Shown here: positions 56,290 to 64,000 of the stretch, one piece after another
How positions within the stretch are numbered: position 1 is the first letter of the stretch
Layout of the letters: the number at the start of each line of letters is the position of its first letter
From: a candidate division FCPU426 bacterium
GTDB taxonomy: Bacteria; Oederibacteriota; JAAXVQ01; JAUVAV01
Assembly: GCA_040756875.1 (NCBI GenBank)
Contig: JBFLYH010000001.1
Span: forward strand, 992,001-1,056,000
Direction of reading: 5' to 3'
Length of the DNA: 64,000 nt
The notes under the pieces: model-generated
Told to the model about the DNA's origin: nothing
Database searches by the model: none
The model's input: only the letters and a program-made list of their open reading frames with translations
Position numbers and translations under genes: made by a program

Positions 56290-57627
56290 TTAAATCGACA
56301 ATTTGGTGTAGTGCTTGCGCACGTCGAAAATCAGTTTGCTGACCACGATGGCCGTGAACATGGAAATGACCAGGCCCACGGTGAGGGTCACAGCATAGCC
56401 CTTGATCGGCCCGGTGCCGAACTGAAACAACACCGCAGCCGTGATCAGGGTGGTCACGTTGGCGTCGATGATGCTGGAAAGCGCCTTGGCATAACCCGCG
56501 TCGATGGCCGCGCGCACGGTCTTGCCCAAGCGCAGCTCCTCGCGGATGCGCTCGAAAATCAGCACATTGGCGTCCACGGCCATGCCGATGGTCAGAATCA
56601 CGCCCGCGATGCCGGGCATGGTCAGCGTGGCGTGCAGGGCGACCAGGGCGGCCATGAGGAACAGGAAGTTCAGGGCCAGCGAAATATCGGCCACCACGCC
56701 CGAGGTGCGGTAATAAACGATCATGAAAAGGATGACCAGGCTGATGCCGATGATGAACGAGAGCTTGCCTTTTCGGATCGAATCCCGGCCCAGGGTCGGC
56801 CCGACCACGTATTTGTTGATGATATTCACCGGCGCGGGCAGGGCGCCGGCGCGCAGCACCAGGGCCAGGTCCTTGGCTTCCTGGAGGGTGAACTGGCCTT
56901 CGATGATGCCGCTGCCGCCGCCAATGCGGGATTTGATGACCGGCGCGGAATACACGCGGCTGTCGAGAATGATGGCCAAGCGGCGATTGATGTTGGCGCC
57001 CGTGATGGCGGCAAAACGCTTGCCGCCCTCGGGATTAAGCTTGAAGGCCACGATCGGCCGGCCGTAGCCGTCCATTTCCACCTTGGCGTCCACCAGGCTG
57101 GCTCCGGTGAGCAGCTGCTTGGACTGCAGCAGCATGGGGTCCCCTTCCTTGCCCGGCAGGATCTCGAGTTCCGGCGGAACCTTGGCTGCCACGGTATTGC
57201 CGTCCGCGTCCATAAAATCCGTCAGGGCGCGGTTTTCTTCCATCATTTTGAACTCCAGCAGCGCGGTCTGGCCGATGATGGACACCGCGCGCTCCGGGTC
57301 CTTGACGCCGGGCAGCTGGATCACGATCCACTTCTCGCCTTCTTTTTGGATGATGGGTTCGGCCACGCCCAGGGCGTCGATGCGGTTGCGCAGGATTTCC
57401 AGGGCGCGTTCGCGGGCCTCGGCAGGCGTGACATTCGCAGGCAGGCCTGACGAATCCACTTCCAATTTCAGGTGCATGCCGCCCTGCAAATCCAGACCCA
57501 AATTGACTTTGCCGCGCGTCACCAGGCCTCCGGCGCTGTCGCGCACGTCAAAGGGCGGATAAACAACCCAGATGCTGGCCAGGACCAGAACCACGGTCAA
57601 GGCGGTCAACCATTGGCGTAAACGCAT
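56290..57627 (-). CDS. secD: Protein translocase subunit SecD
   Basis: LGLDLQGG, RIDALGVAEP, LRAGALPAP and GMAVDANVLIFERIREE motifs. Confidence 0.96.
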   Translation of the reverse strand: MRLRQWLTALTVVLVLASIWVVYPPFDVRDSAGGLVTRGKVNLGLDLQGGMHLKLEVDSSGLPANVTPAEARERALEILRNRIDALGVAEPIIQKEGEKWIVIQLPGVKDPERAVSIIGQTALLEFKMMEENRALTDFMDADGNTVAAKVPPELEILPGKEGDPMLLQSKQLLTGASLVDAKVEMDGYGRPIVAFKLNPEGGKRFAAITGANINRRLAIILDSRVYSAPVIKSRIGGGSGIIEGQFTLQEAKDLALVLRAGALPAPVNIINKYVVGPTLGRDSIRKGKLSFIIGISLVILFMIVYYRTSGVVADISLALNFLFLMAALVALHATLTMPGIAGVILTIGMAVDANVLIFERIREELRLGKTVRAAIDAGYAKALSSIIDANVTTLITAAVLFQFGTGPIKGYAVTLTVGLVISMFTAIVVSKLIFDVRKHYTKLSI

Positions 57628-57772
57628 GAAGGGGCATCCTCCTTGGACAAATCACGGAATGACAAAAACGCTTGAAAACAAAACAGATTCCGAAAATATA
57701 CACTACCAGGTGAATGTATGTCAACCGTTTTAAATTAACTGGGATATAAGCATTTATAACCAATAAAATGGA

Positions 57773-57828
57773 TCCCCCTCCCTTGAGGGGAGGGTGATGA
57801 ATATGGCGCTGTTCTCGAGGGGGGGGAT
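57773..57828. repeat. Degenerate copy of the CCCTCCCTTGAGGG REP-like family
   Basis: TCCCCCTCCCTTGAGGGGAGGGTG...CTCGAGGGGGGGGA. Confidence 0.6.
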
Positions 57829-57851
57829 GGTTATCGAGTGAACCTGATGAT

Positions 57852-59570
57852 TTATTGTTGCTGGTTTTTCCACTCGCGCAGAACGCGCTGAATGGTCTGG
57901 CGCACGGGGATGGAAGGCTCGCGCTTGAGGTACCAGCGCAGGTCATTGATGGTCCGGCTGTCTGCGCTCTGGCCCAGGGCGATGATCGCCTCGGAGCGGG
58001 TATCCTCGTCCTTGGTTTCCAAGGCATTCCAGATCAAAACGCGGAAATCCGGATATCCGGCTTTCACCAGGCTGGCGCTGCAAAGAATGCGTACTACGGC
58101 GTCCGGATCGTCGTTGGCCGCGTCGGCCAGAGCTTTGAGGCTGGCATCATCGGCAATCCGTTCCAGGCCCAGAATGGCGTAGCGGCGGATGGCTGGATAG
58201 CCGTGTTCCAAGGCTTGGAAAAGGACCGTGCGGCCGCGGTCATCGCCTTTGACCGCCAGCACCAGGGCCGCGGTCAGGGCTTCGGAATAGACGGAACTGT
58301 GAAGCTTGGGCGCCTGCGCTTCGCGGATCTTTTCGTCCCCCAGGGCGCCGAGCGCCATGGCGTAGGAAAGCCGCACGTTCAAATCCAGACGGCGGTCCTC
58401 GAGCGCATGCAGCAAAACCGGCACTCCGGCCGGGTTGCCCAGCCTGACCAGGGCCTGGCCGGCGGCGATCCGCACTTCCTGCGCCTCCTGGTCATCCGCC
58501 ACCAGGGCGGCCAGCTTCTCCTCGGCCGGCTTGTAGCCAAGTTCCCCCAAGGCGGTTGCGGCCGAAGCCCGCACCAAGGGTTTGGGATGGCTGAGTTTGG
58601 TCATAACCGCCGGACCGGCGGTCTTGGCTTCCAGCTGGCTCAGGGCGTAGGTGGCCCAGTGCAACACCGTGGGGTCCTGGTCGTCAAGCATGGCCAGAAT
58701 CGCCGGGACATTTTCCGGGTCCGGGATTTCAGTCAGCGCGTACAGGCACGCCATGCGGGTGCGCGGATCGCGGCTGTCCGCGAGCAGGCGGCGGATTTCC
58801 GGCAGCGCGCTGTACGACTGGATCTGGGCCAGGGCGTACAGCAGGTGCAGCTGCAGGTTGCGGTCAGCGCGCGGCAGCGCGGCCAGCAGCTTGGGCACCG
58901 GATCCACGTGGCCGATATTGGCGAAGGCGTCGGAAAGGTTGAGGCGCAGCTGGGCATCGGCCCGGTCCCACAATTCGAGCAGCGGCGGCAGACTCGCCGG
59001 CCGGCTGAGGATGGCCAGCACGATGACCGCAGTCAGGCGGAGCTTGCGGTTCTTGTTCTCCAGCCAGGGAACCAGGCGGGCTTCGAATCCCTTCTCCGGT
59101 TCCAGCCGGTACACCAGCTCCCGCAGCGCGTTCAAGGCCTGAAGCACCAAGTCCTTGTCCCGGGGGTGCGCCTGGGCCGCATCCAGCAAATACCCGGCCA
59201 TGGCCGGATCGCGCACCAGGCCGGCCACATCGATGGCCGCCAGCCGGACATCTCGGTCCGGGTCGGCCAGGCCGGCCACCACGGCGGTTTCCACGCGGGG
59301 ATCGGCCACGTCCTGCAGCAGGCGCTGGGCGGTCCGGCGCACGGGCTGGGAACGGTCGTGCAGCATGGTTTCAATGATCAGGCCCACGGCCTCGGGTGTA
59401 TGCCTGTACCCCAGGGCCTCCAGCGCCAGGATGCGGCGGTAAACCTGGCCGTGCGCCAGTTCATCCTGCAATTGCTTATGGCTGAAAGCGCGCAGATCCT
59501 CGGCCGCAGCTAAAGCGGGCCACGCAAAAAAAGCCAGGGTCAGAACGGCCAGAAAGGAAATTTTCATCAT
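57852..59570 (-). CDS. Exported HEAT/PBS-lyase-repeat protein
   Basis: Signal peptide (AWPALA); repeated 'L.D.D..VR..A..ALG' helical repeats. Confidence 0.85.
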   Translation of the reverse strand: MMKISFLAVLTLAFFAWPALAAAEDLRAFSHKQLQDELAHGQVYRRILALEALGYRHTPEAVGLIIETMLHDRSQPVRRTAQRLLQDVADPRVETAVVAGLADPDRDVRLAAIDVAGLVRDPAMAGYLLDAAQAHPRDKDLVLQALNALRELVYRLEPEKGFEARLVPWLENKNRKLRLTAVIVLAILSRPASLPPLLELWDRADAQLRLNLSDAFANIGHVDPVPKLLAALPRADRNLQLHLLYALAQIQSYSALPEIRRLLADSRDPRTRMACLYALTEIPDPENVPAILAMLDDQDPTVLHWATYALSQLEAKTAGPAVMTKLSHPKPLVRASAATALGELGYKPAEEKLAALVADDQEAQEVRIAAGQALVRLGNPAGVPVLLHALEDRRLDLNVRLSYAMALGALGDEKIREAQAPKLHSSVYSEALTAALVLAVKGDDRGRTVLFQALEHGYPAIRRYAILGLERIADDASLKALADAANDDPDAVVRILCSASLVKAGYPDFRVLIWNALETKDEDTRSEAIIALGQSADSRTINDLRWYLKREPSIPVRQTIQRVLREWKNQQQ

Positions 59571-59641
59571 AGCTCCCATGGGTGAACGATGCTCAGGCAA
59601 TCCCACCGTGGATTAGACACCGTTTTCCCGTTTTGTCCTCG

Positions 59642-60229
59642 TCAGGATTGCTCCCCGCCCGCCCGTGGTCCGGTCGGGTCGGCCTGGAAGAAACTCAGGG
59701 TCGTGGAACCATAGTCCCGGCTGCGGTATTTGCGGCACCCGGCCCAGGCTTCGGGCGCGGCCCATTTGCGGTCGTGCTGCAGCACCGCGATGCCGTTGGG
59801 CGCCAGCAATCCGGCCAGGCTCTTTTCCATGGTCCAGCGTTCGGTTTCGGACCGGTGATAGGGCGGATCCAGAAAAATGATATGAAACCGCTCGCTCCGC
59901 TGCCCCAGCCTGCGGGCCACGGCCACGGCGTCGCCCTGGATCACCTCCGCGCGCTCGCCCTTGGGATCCAGGCGTTCCACGTTGTCGCGCAGCACGCGGC
60001 AGATATGGGCGTCCCCTTCCACGAACACGGCGCGGCTGCAGCCGCGGCTCAGGGCTTCAAGCCCGATGGTCCCGGCGCCGGCGTACAGGTCGAGAAAACG
60101 CGCGGAAAGCAGATGGGGCGCCAGGATGTTGAACAGAGCTTCGCGCACGCGGCTCAACGTCGGCCGCGTGCGATTGCCGGCCGGGCTTTTCAGGCGCCGG
60201 CCGTGAAAATCGCCTGCGATGATGCGCAT
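59642..60229 (-). CDS. rsmD: 16S rRNA (guanine966-N2)-methyltransferase
   Basis: MRIIAG...TRPT..RVREALFN, LDLYAGAG, DPPY and YGST motifs. Confidence 0.95.
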   Translation of the reverse strand: MRIIAGDFHGRRLKSPAGNRTRPTLSRVREALFNILAPHLLSARFLDLYAGAGTIGLEALSRGCSRAVFVEGDAHICRVLRDNVERLDPKGERAEVIQGDAVAVARRLGQRSERFHIIFLDPPYHRSETERWTMEKSLAGLLAPNGIAVLQHDRKWAAPEAWAGCRKYRSRDYGSTTLSFFQADPTGPRAGGEQS

Positions 60230-60251
60230 GGATGCTGGATACCGGGGCCGG

Positions 60252-60641
60252 CTAGGCGGGCAGGAACTTTTTAACGCTCTGGCGGAGTTTGTTCAGATCG
60301 AAGGGCTTGACGATGTAATCGTCGGCTTTGACTTTGAACCCTTCCTCGATTTCGCGTTTCTGGCCGAAGGCGGTGAGCATGACGACCGGAATTTTCATGG
60401 TGGAGGCTTCGCTTTTCAGGCGGCGGCAGATTTCATAACCGTTCAGCTTGGGCAGCATGATGTCCAGAAGGATCAGGTCGGGATTGGCGGTCAGGGCCAT
60501 GTGCAGCCCCTCCTCCCCTTCCATGGCTTTGAGAATGTCGTAGCTGTCTTCGGTGGACTTGAGGGTCTCGGTGACCAATTCCATGATATCCGGTTCGTCT
60601 TCGATGATCAGGATTTTATACGCTTTGCCCGAACGGCTCAT
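60252..60641 (-). CDS. Single-domain response regulator (receiver)
   Basis: ILIIEDE, LILLDIMLP, VMLTA and DYIVKPF; GGAGG RBS before ATG 60641. Confidence 0.9.
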   Translation of the reverse strand: MSRSGKAYKILIIEDEPDIMELVTETLKSTEDSYDILKAMEGEEGLHMALTANPDLILLDIMLPKLNGYEICRRLKSEASTMKIPVVMLTAFGQKREIEEGFKVKADDYIVKPFDLNKLRQSVKKFLPA

Positions 60642-60720
60642 GCCCCTCGTCCTCCTTGTTTCCAAGGTTTATATTATATGAAGCGGAAGAACGGCTGGCA
60701 AGTTTATTTTCTTGCGCCGG

Positions 60721-61053
60721 TTATTCAACGGATTCCTCCCCCACCGGGGGCAAGGGATAGGCCGTGCGGCGCGACGCTCTGGACATATAGAGAAAGGCGC
60801 CGTGAGGGCGGTCCACCTTGGCTGCCTGGCCGATCAAGTCGAAAATTTCGTCGGCGCGGCGCGCTTCGATCAGCACGGTCAGCACTTCCTTCTCGAAGGC
60901 CAGCGGCGTCTGATCCGCCACGGAAGATCCCCGGGCATGGCAGGCCACGGCCGTATTGACGCCCGCGCGCCGCAACGCCTTGAGCACCGGCGCGCTGGCG
61001 CCGCGGTAAAGCACGGCCGTGATCACCCGCGCGGCTTCCTTGACCGGGCTCAC
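60721..61053 (-). CDS. P-II-like protein
   Basis: ARGS...EKEVLTVLI...AAKVDRPHGAF; paralog of the upstream P-II gene. Confidence 0.7.
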   Translation of the reverse strand: MSPVKEAARVITAVLYRGASAPVLKALRRAGVNTAVACHARGSSVADQTPLAFEKEVLTVLIEARRADEIFDLIGQAAKVDRPHGAFLYMSRASRRTAYPLPPVGEESVE

Positions 61054-61427
61054 GGCCGGCCCGCCTTGTCCCCGGCCATGGCTTTGAGCACCTCATGGGG
61101 GATGTAGGTGGCGGCCTTCTCGAGGGGGGTAAGGTAGATGAACCCCATGCCCGGCGTGTCCAGCTTGCCGGCGGCGAACATGCACTCGAAAATCCGGTCC
61201 GCCTGATCGGTGGAAACCACCACCTGGATGACTTCCTTCTCCACCTCGACCGCGATGCCCAGCACGCCCAAGCGTTCCCGCACGCCTGTCCCGCGTCCGT
61301 AGAAAATAGTGGCGCCCTGAGCCCCGGCTTCGCGCGCGGCTTTCACGATGGTGTCGGCCGCCCCCCGCTGCACGATGCAGGTGATCAGGGCCACGTCGGT
61401 CAAAACGGTCATTTTACGCTGCGGCAT
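61050..61427 (-). CDS. P-II family nitrogen-regulatory-like protein
   Basis: ITCIVQRG...AGAQGATI.YGRGTG...EKEVI...LDTPGMG. Confidence 0.85.
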   Translation of the reverse strand: MPQRKMTVLTDVALITCIVQRGAADTIVKAAREAGAQGATIFYGRGTGVRERLGVLGIAVEVEKEVIQVVVSTDQADRIFECMFAAGKLDTPGMGFIYLTPLEKAATYIPHEVLKAMAGDKAGRP

Positions 61428-61433
61428 GGACAG

Positions 61434-63170
61434 TCACTCCTCGACGAGGATTTTGGGCGCACTGCGGCGGGCGCGCCATTGCACGTACAATCCGACGGAC
61501 AGGACGGACAGGATGGGAAACACCGAGGCGGCGGCCAAAACGCCGAATCCCTCGATCACGCCCAGCGCCCGCCCAAACCCCAGGCCCATGGCGAGCACGA
61601 GCGGAACCGTCACCGGGCCGGTGGTGACGCCGGCGCTGTCCCAGGCCACGTTGACATAGGCTTCGGAGGAAAAAAAGGTCAGGAGCAGGGCTAGGGAGTA
61701 CGCCAGGAACAGGATCAGCGTCAGGTTGAGCCCGAAAACCAGTTTAAGCACGCCCACGGTGATCCCGCAGGCCACACCCAGGGAAACCGCGTACATGAGC
61801 AGGGTCTTCTTGAAAGCGCCGCTGGTGAGGTTCTCCACGGTCAGCCCCAGGGCGTTGAGCGCGGGTTCGGCCAGCGTGGCGCCGAATCCCAACACCCAGC
61901 TGAACAGGCAGGCCAGCAGCACGCCGGTGACCAGGCTGAAAAGCGGAGACCCGGCGATGGCCGGGATGTTCGTGAAGGCGCCGGGGATCAGGCTGCCGGA
62001 TTGCCCGCCCAGTTTCGAAAGGCCGTAGGTCAGGCCGAGGTTGAACAGGATCATGCCCGCGACGGCCAAGGCCAGGCCGTAAACGATGAAGCGCCCCTGC
62101 GCCAGCCTTTCCCGCAGGATGAACCGCAGCACCAGGAACAGAAAAAGGATGAGCGGCACGATGGCCCGCAACCCCGTAACGATCTCGACGCCGGGCGTGG
62201 TCTCGTACCAGGCCGCGCCGCCGGCGGCGACGGCGGACCCGGACGCCAGCAGGGCTGGCAGCTGGGCCGGCGGAAACGCATTCACCGCCGCTATCCCGAG
62301 CAGCAGGACGCCCATGATCGGGTACAATGAGGCCAGCGTGACGATGCCGAAGCCCGAGAGGGATTCATTCCCCCGGGTGACCGCCGCGGCCACGCCGATG
62401 CCCAGCGCCAGCACCAGGGGCACGGTCACCGGCCCCGTAGTCACGGCTCCGCAATCCCAGGCCAATCCGATCAGAGTGCGCAAATGGGGATGCCATTGGC
62501 AGGCAACCGTAAGCGCGAGCAGGGGGATCAGACTGAAATAAACGATCGGTTTGAGGCTCCAGCCGCGCACGAACCGCAGGGTGCCGACCACCGCAGCCAG
62601 GCCCACGCCCGCGCCCACCACCAGCACCAGCCAGACGGACCAACGGTTCAGCAGCAGATGAAGATACGGCGCTTTGGCGGGATCTACGATCGATCCCGCC
62701 ACTTGCAACGCGCCGATAGCCGGTTCGGCGAAGGTGACCCCCACGCCCAGTAAAAACGTGATGCCCAAAACCACAAACAGGCCGGTGCGGCGCGGCAGGT
62801 TGTTGCCGATGGTCTCGCCGAACGGCATCAGCCCGAGCTTGAGGCCTTCCATAAACAGCATGAGGCCGGCCATGACCGCCAGCAGGCCGGCGGCAATCAC
62901 CGCGGCATCAGCCACGGATTGGCGGAGCACCAGCCATTGGAAAAGCGCCAGATACAGCGCCAGGGGAAACACGGCCTTGAATTGTTCGCTGAAACGGGTG
63001 CCGAGGTACGGCGCCAGCAGGCGGTAGATATCCATGGAGCGCAGCTTCAGCTTGCGTTCCCTGGCAGCGGTTTCAGCCTCGGATTTTGGCGTCAAGCGGT
63101 TGTAGCTGACTTGAGTGCTCTGGACGCTGACTTGGCGGAGATAATCACCGAAGCGGACGGGTTTGGGCAT
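61434..63170 (-). CDS. DUF1538 membrane protein (two fused DUF1538 domains)
   Basis: Duplicated AEPA and AWD.(G)AVTTGPVTVP motifs; followed by P-II genes, the usual context for this family. Confidence 0.85.
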   Translation of the reverse strand: MPKPVRFGDYLRQVSVQSTQVSYNRLTPKSEAETAARERKLKLRSMDIYRLLAPYLGTRFSEQFKAVFPLALYLALFQWLVLRQSVADAAVIAAGLLAVMAGLMLFMEGLKLGLMPFGETIGNNLPRRTGLFVVLGITFLLGVGVTFAEPAIGALQVAGSIVDPAKAPYLHLLLNRWSVWLVLVVGAGVGLAAVVGTLRFVRGWSLKPIVYFSLIPLLALTVACQWHPHLRTLIGLAWDCGAVTTGPVTVPLVLALGIGVAAAVTRGNESLSGFGIVTLASLYPIMGVLLLGIAAVNAFPPAQLPALLASGSAVAAGGAAWYETTPGVEIVTGLRAIVPLILFLFLVLRFILRERLAQGRFIVYGLALAVAGMILFNLGLTYGLSKLGGQSGSLIPGAFTNIPAIAGSPLFSLVTGVLLACLFSWVLGFGATLAEPALNALGLTVENLTSGAFKKTLLMYAVSLGVACGITVGVLKLVFGLNLTLILFLAYSLALLLTFFSSEAYVNVAWDSAGVTTGPVTVPLVLAMGLGFGRALGVIEGFGVLAAASVFPILSVLSVGLYVQWRARRSAPKILVEE

Positions 63171-63286
63171 GACCGGTAAAAAATAACCTAAAAAAAGCTG
63201 TCTGGCAAGAATTTTCCCTGAGGGCCGTTTGCGCCTCCCTGTTCAACCGCCACGGGTTCAGGGAAAACGCGAAGCGACCGCAACCG

Positions 63287-64000
63287 TCAGGCGGCTTGTC
63301 CGGGCGAATAGCGCAGGCGCGGACGGCGCAACGGCTTTTCGAGATCCAGGGGCGCGAGGAAGGGCCACGGTTCGAGCAGCTTGCGCACGCGGCCGGTCCA
63401 GCTGGCGCGCCGGAGCAGAACGCCGGGCAGCAGCAGGCGTTGGTCGCGTCCGGTCCCGAGCGCGGCCACGGGGGCGCTGCGCAGGGCCGCGAGCCGGGAC
63501 AGCAGGGCCGAAGCGTAAGTCCATTCGGCCAGGCGCTGGCCGGGGTCAGGCACGGCTTGCAGCCACTCCAGCAGGGCCAGGGCCAGGGCCGCTTCCTGCC
63601 CGGCGCCTGGTTCGCGGGCAAAGGCCAGGTACGCCGCGCCAAGCGGATCGTCCGCGCTGGCCCAGGCCGCGGCCAGTTCCGCTGCGGCGGCGGCTTCGGG
63701 CTGCCGACGTTTGGCGTCAGCCTGCACCAGCCGCAGATACAATTCCGGCGCGCGCGTCATGAGCAGCCGCTGGCTGAAACGCGCCAGCCAGGACGGTTGC
63801 ACGCTGCTCAGGCGGTAGAACGCGTTCGCAACGGTTTCGGTCCAGGCAGCCGCCGCGTGCTGGCGGTAGAATTCGGCGCTGCGGTAGCGAAGGATCTGGC
63901 GCGCGGTTTCCGCGGCCAGTGCGGACCGCAGCCGCGCCCAGCGCCCGGCTGCAGCCGGCGCGCCCAGATCGGCCAGGAGCGATCCGCTGAGGTCGAGGCG
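63287..64000 (-). CDS. 3' part of a hypothetical Ala/Arg/Leu-rich protein (starts beyond the window)
   Basis: The frame of ORF 63287..63802 stays open to position 64000; GC-rich codon usage. Confidence 0.55.
   Translation of the reverse strand, partial: RLDLSGSLLADLGAPAAAGRWARLRSALAAETARQILRYRSAEFYRQHAAAAWTETVANAFYRLSSVQPSWLARFSQRLLMTRAPELYLRLVQADAKRRQPEAAAAAELAAAWASADDPLGAAYLAFAREPGAGQEAALALALLEWLQAVPDPGQRLAEWTYASALLSRLAALRSAPVAALGTGRDQRLLLPGVLLRRASWTGRVRKLLEPWPFLAPLDLEKPLRRPRLRYSPGQAA

Noticed and set aside
57855-59513. 552-aa plus-strand ORF, and many similar long antisense ORFs over clpC, lysS, secD and the giant gene
   Set aside because: Shadow ORFs produced by GC-rich codon bias opposite well-supported genes; no recognisable motifs.

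Overview
Almost all genes lie on the minus strand of a GC-rich diderm bacterium. Housekeeping flanks: lysS-lolC/E-lolD-mcsA-mcsB-clpC-(tamB/asmA-like) and a B12 radical SAM gene on the left; DUF2079, secDF, a HEAT-repeat protein, rsmD, a response regulator, two P-II proteins and DUF1538 on the right. Between them is a ~43-kb AT-richer accessory island (~10.0-52.8 kb). The island centres on a ~7,660-aa secreted protein carrying an N-terminal M23 peptidase, a Ser-less alpha/beta-hydrolase, ~19 FlgD-type Ig repeats, a ZU5/GPS-like HFS motif, two PA14 domains, a Thr/Pro linker, NHL repeats and a C-terminal FlgD/CTD-like domain. It is followed directly by a PorV-like barrel, an NHL lipoprotein and a LysM + SprA-like barrel, which together look like a compact T9SS-like export module. 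Upstream the locus has two parallel units: [HUH/Y1 RAYT-type transposase bounded by terminal inverted repeats] - [near-identical 85-bp promoter module] - [T9SS-CTD beta-propeller protein] - [low-GC secreted partner] - [M23-headed protein]. In the first unit the M23 protein is cut off exactly at a transposase end, so it looks like an orphan alternative N-terminus. The giant gene also contains at least six small REP-like repeats inserted in frame, from families that also occur intergenically in this window. All domain calls come from motif recognition by eye; no database searches were run.
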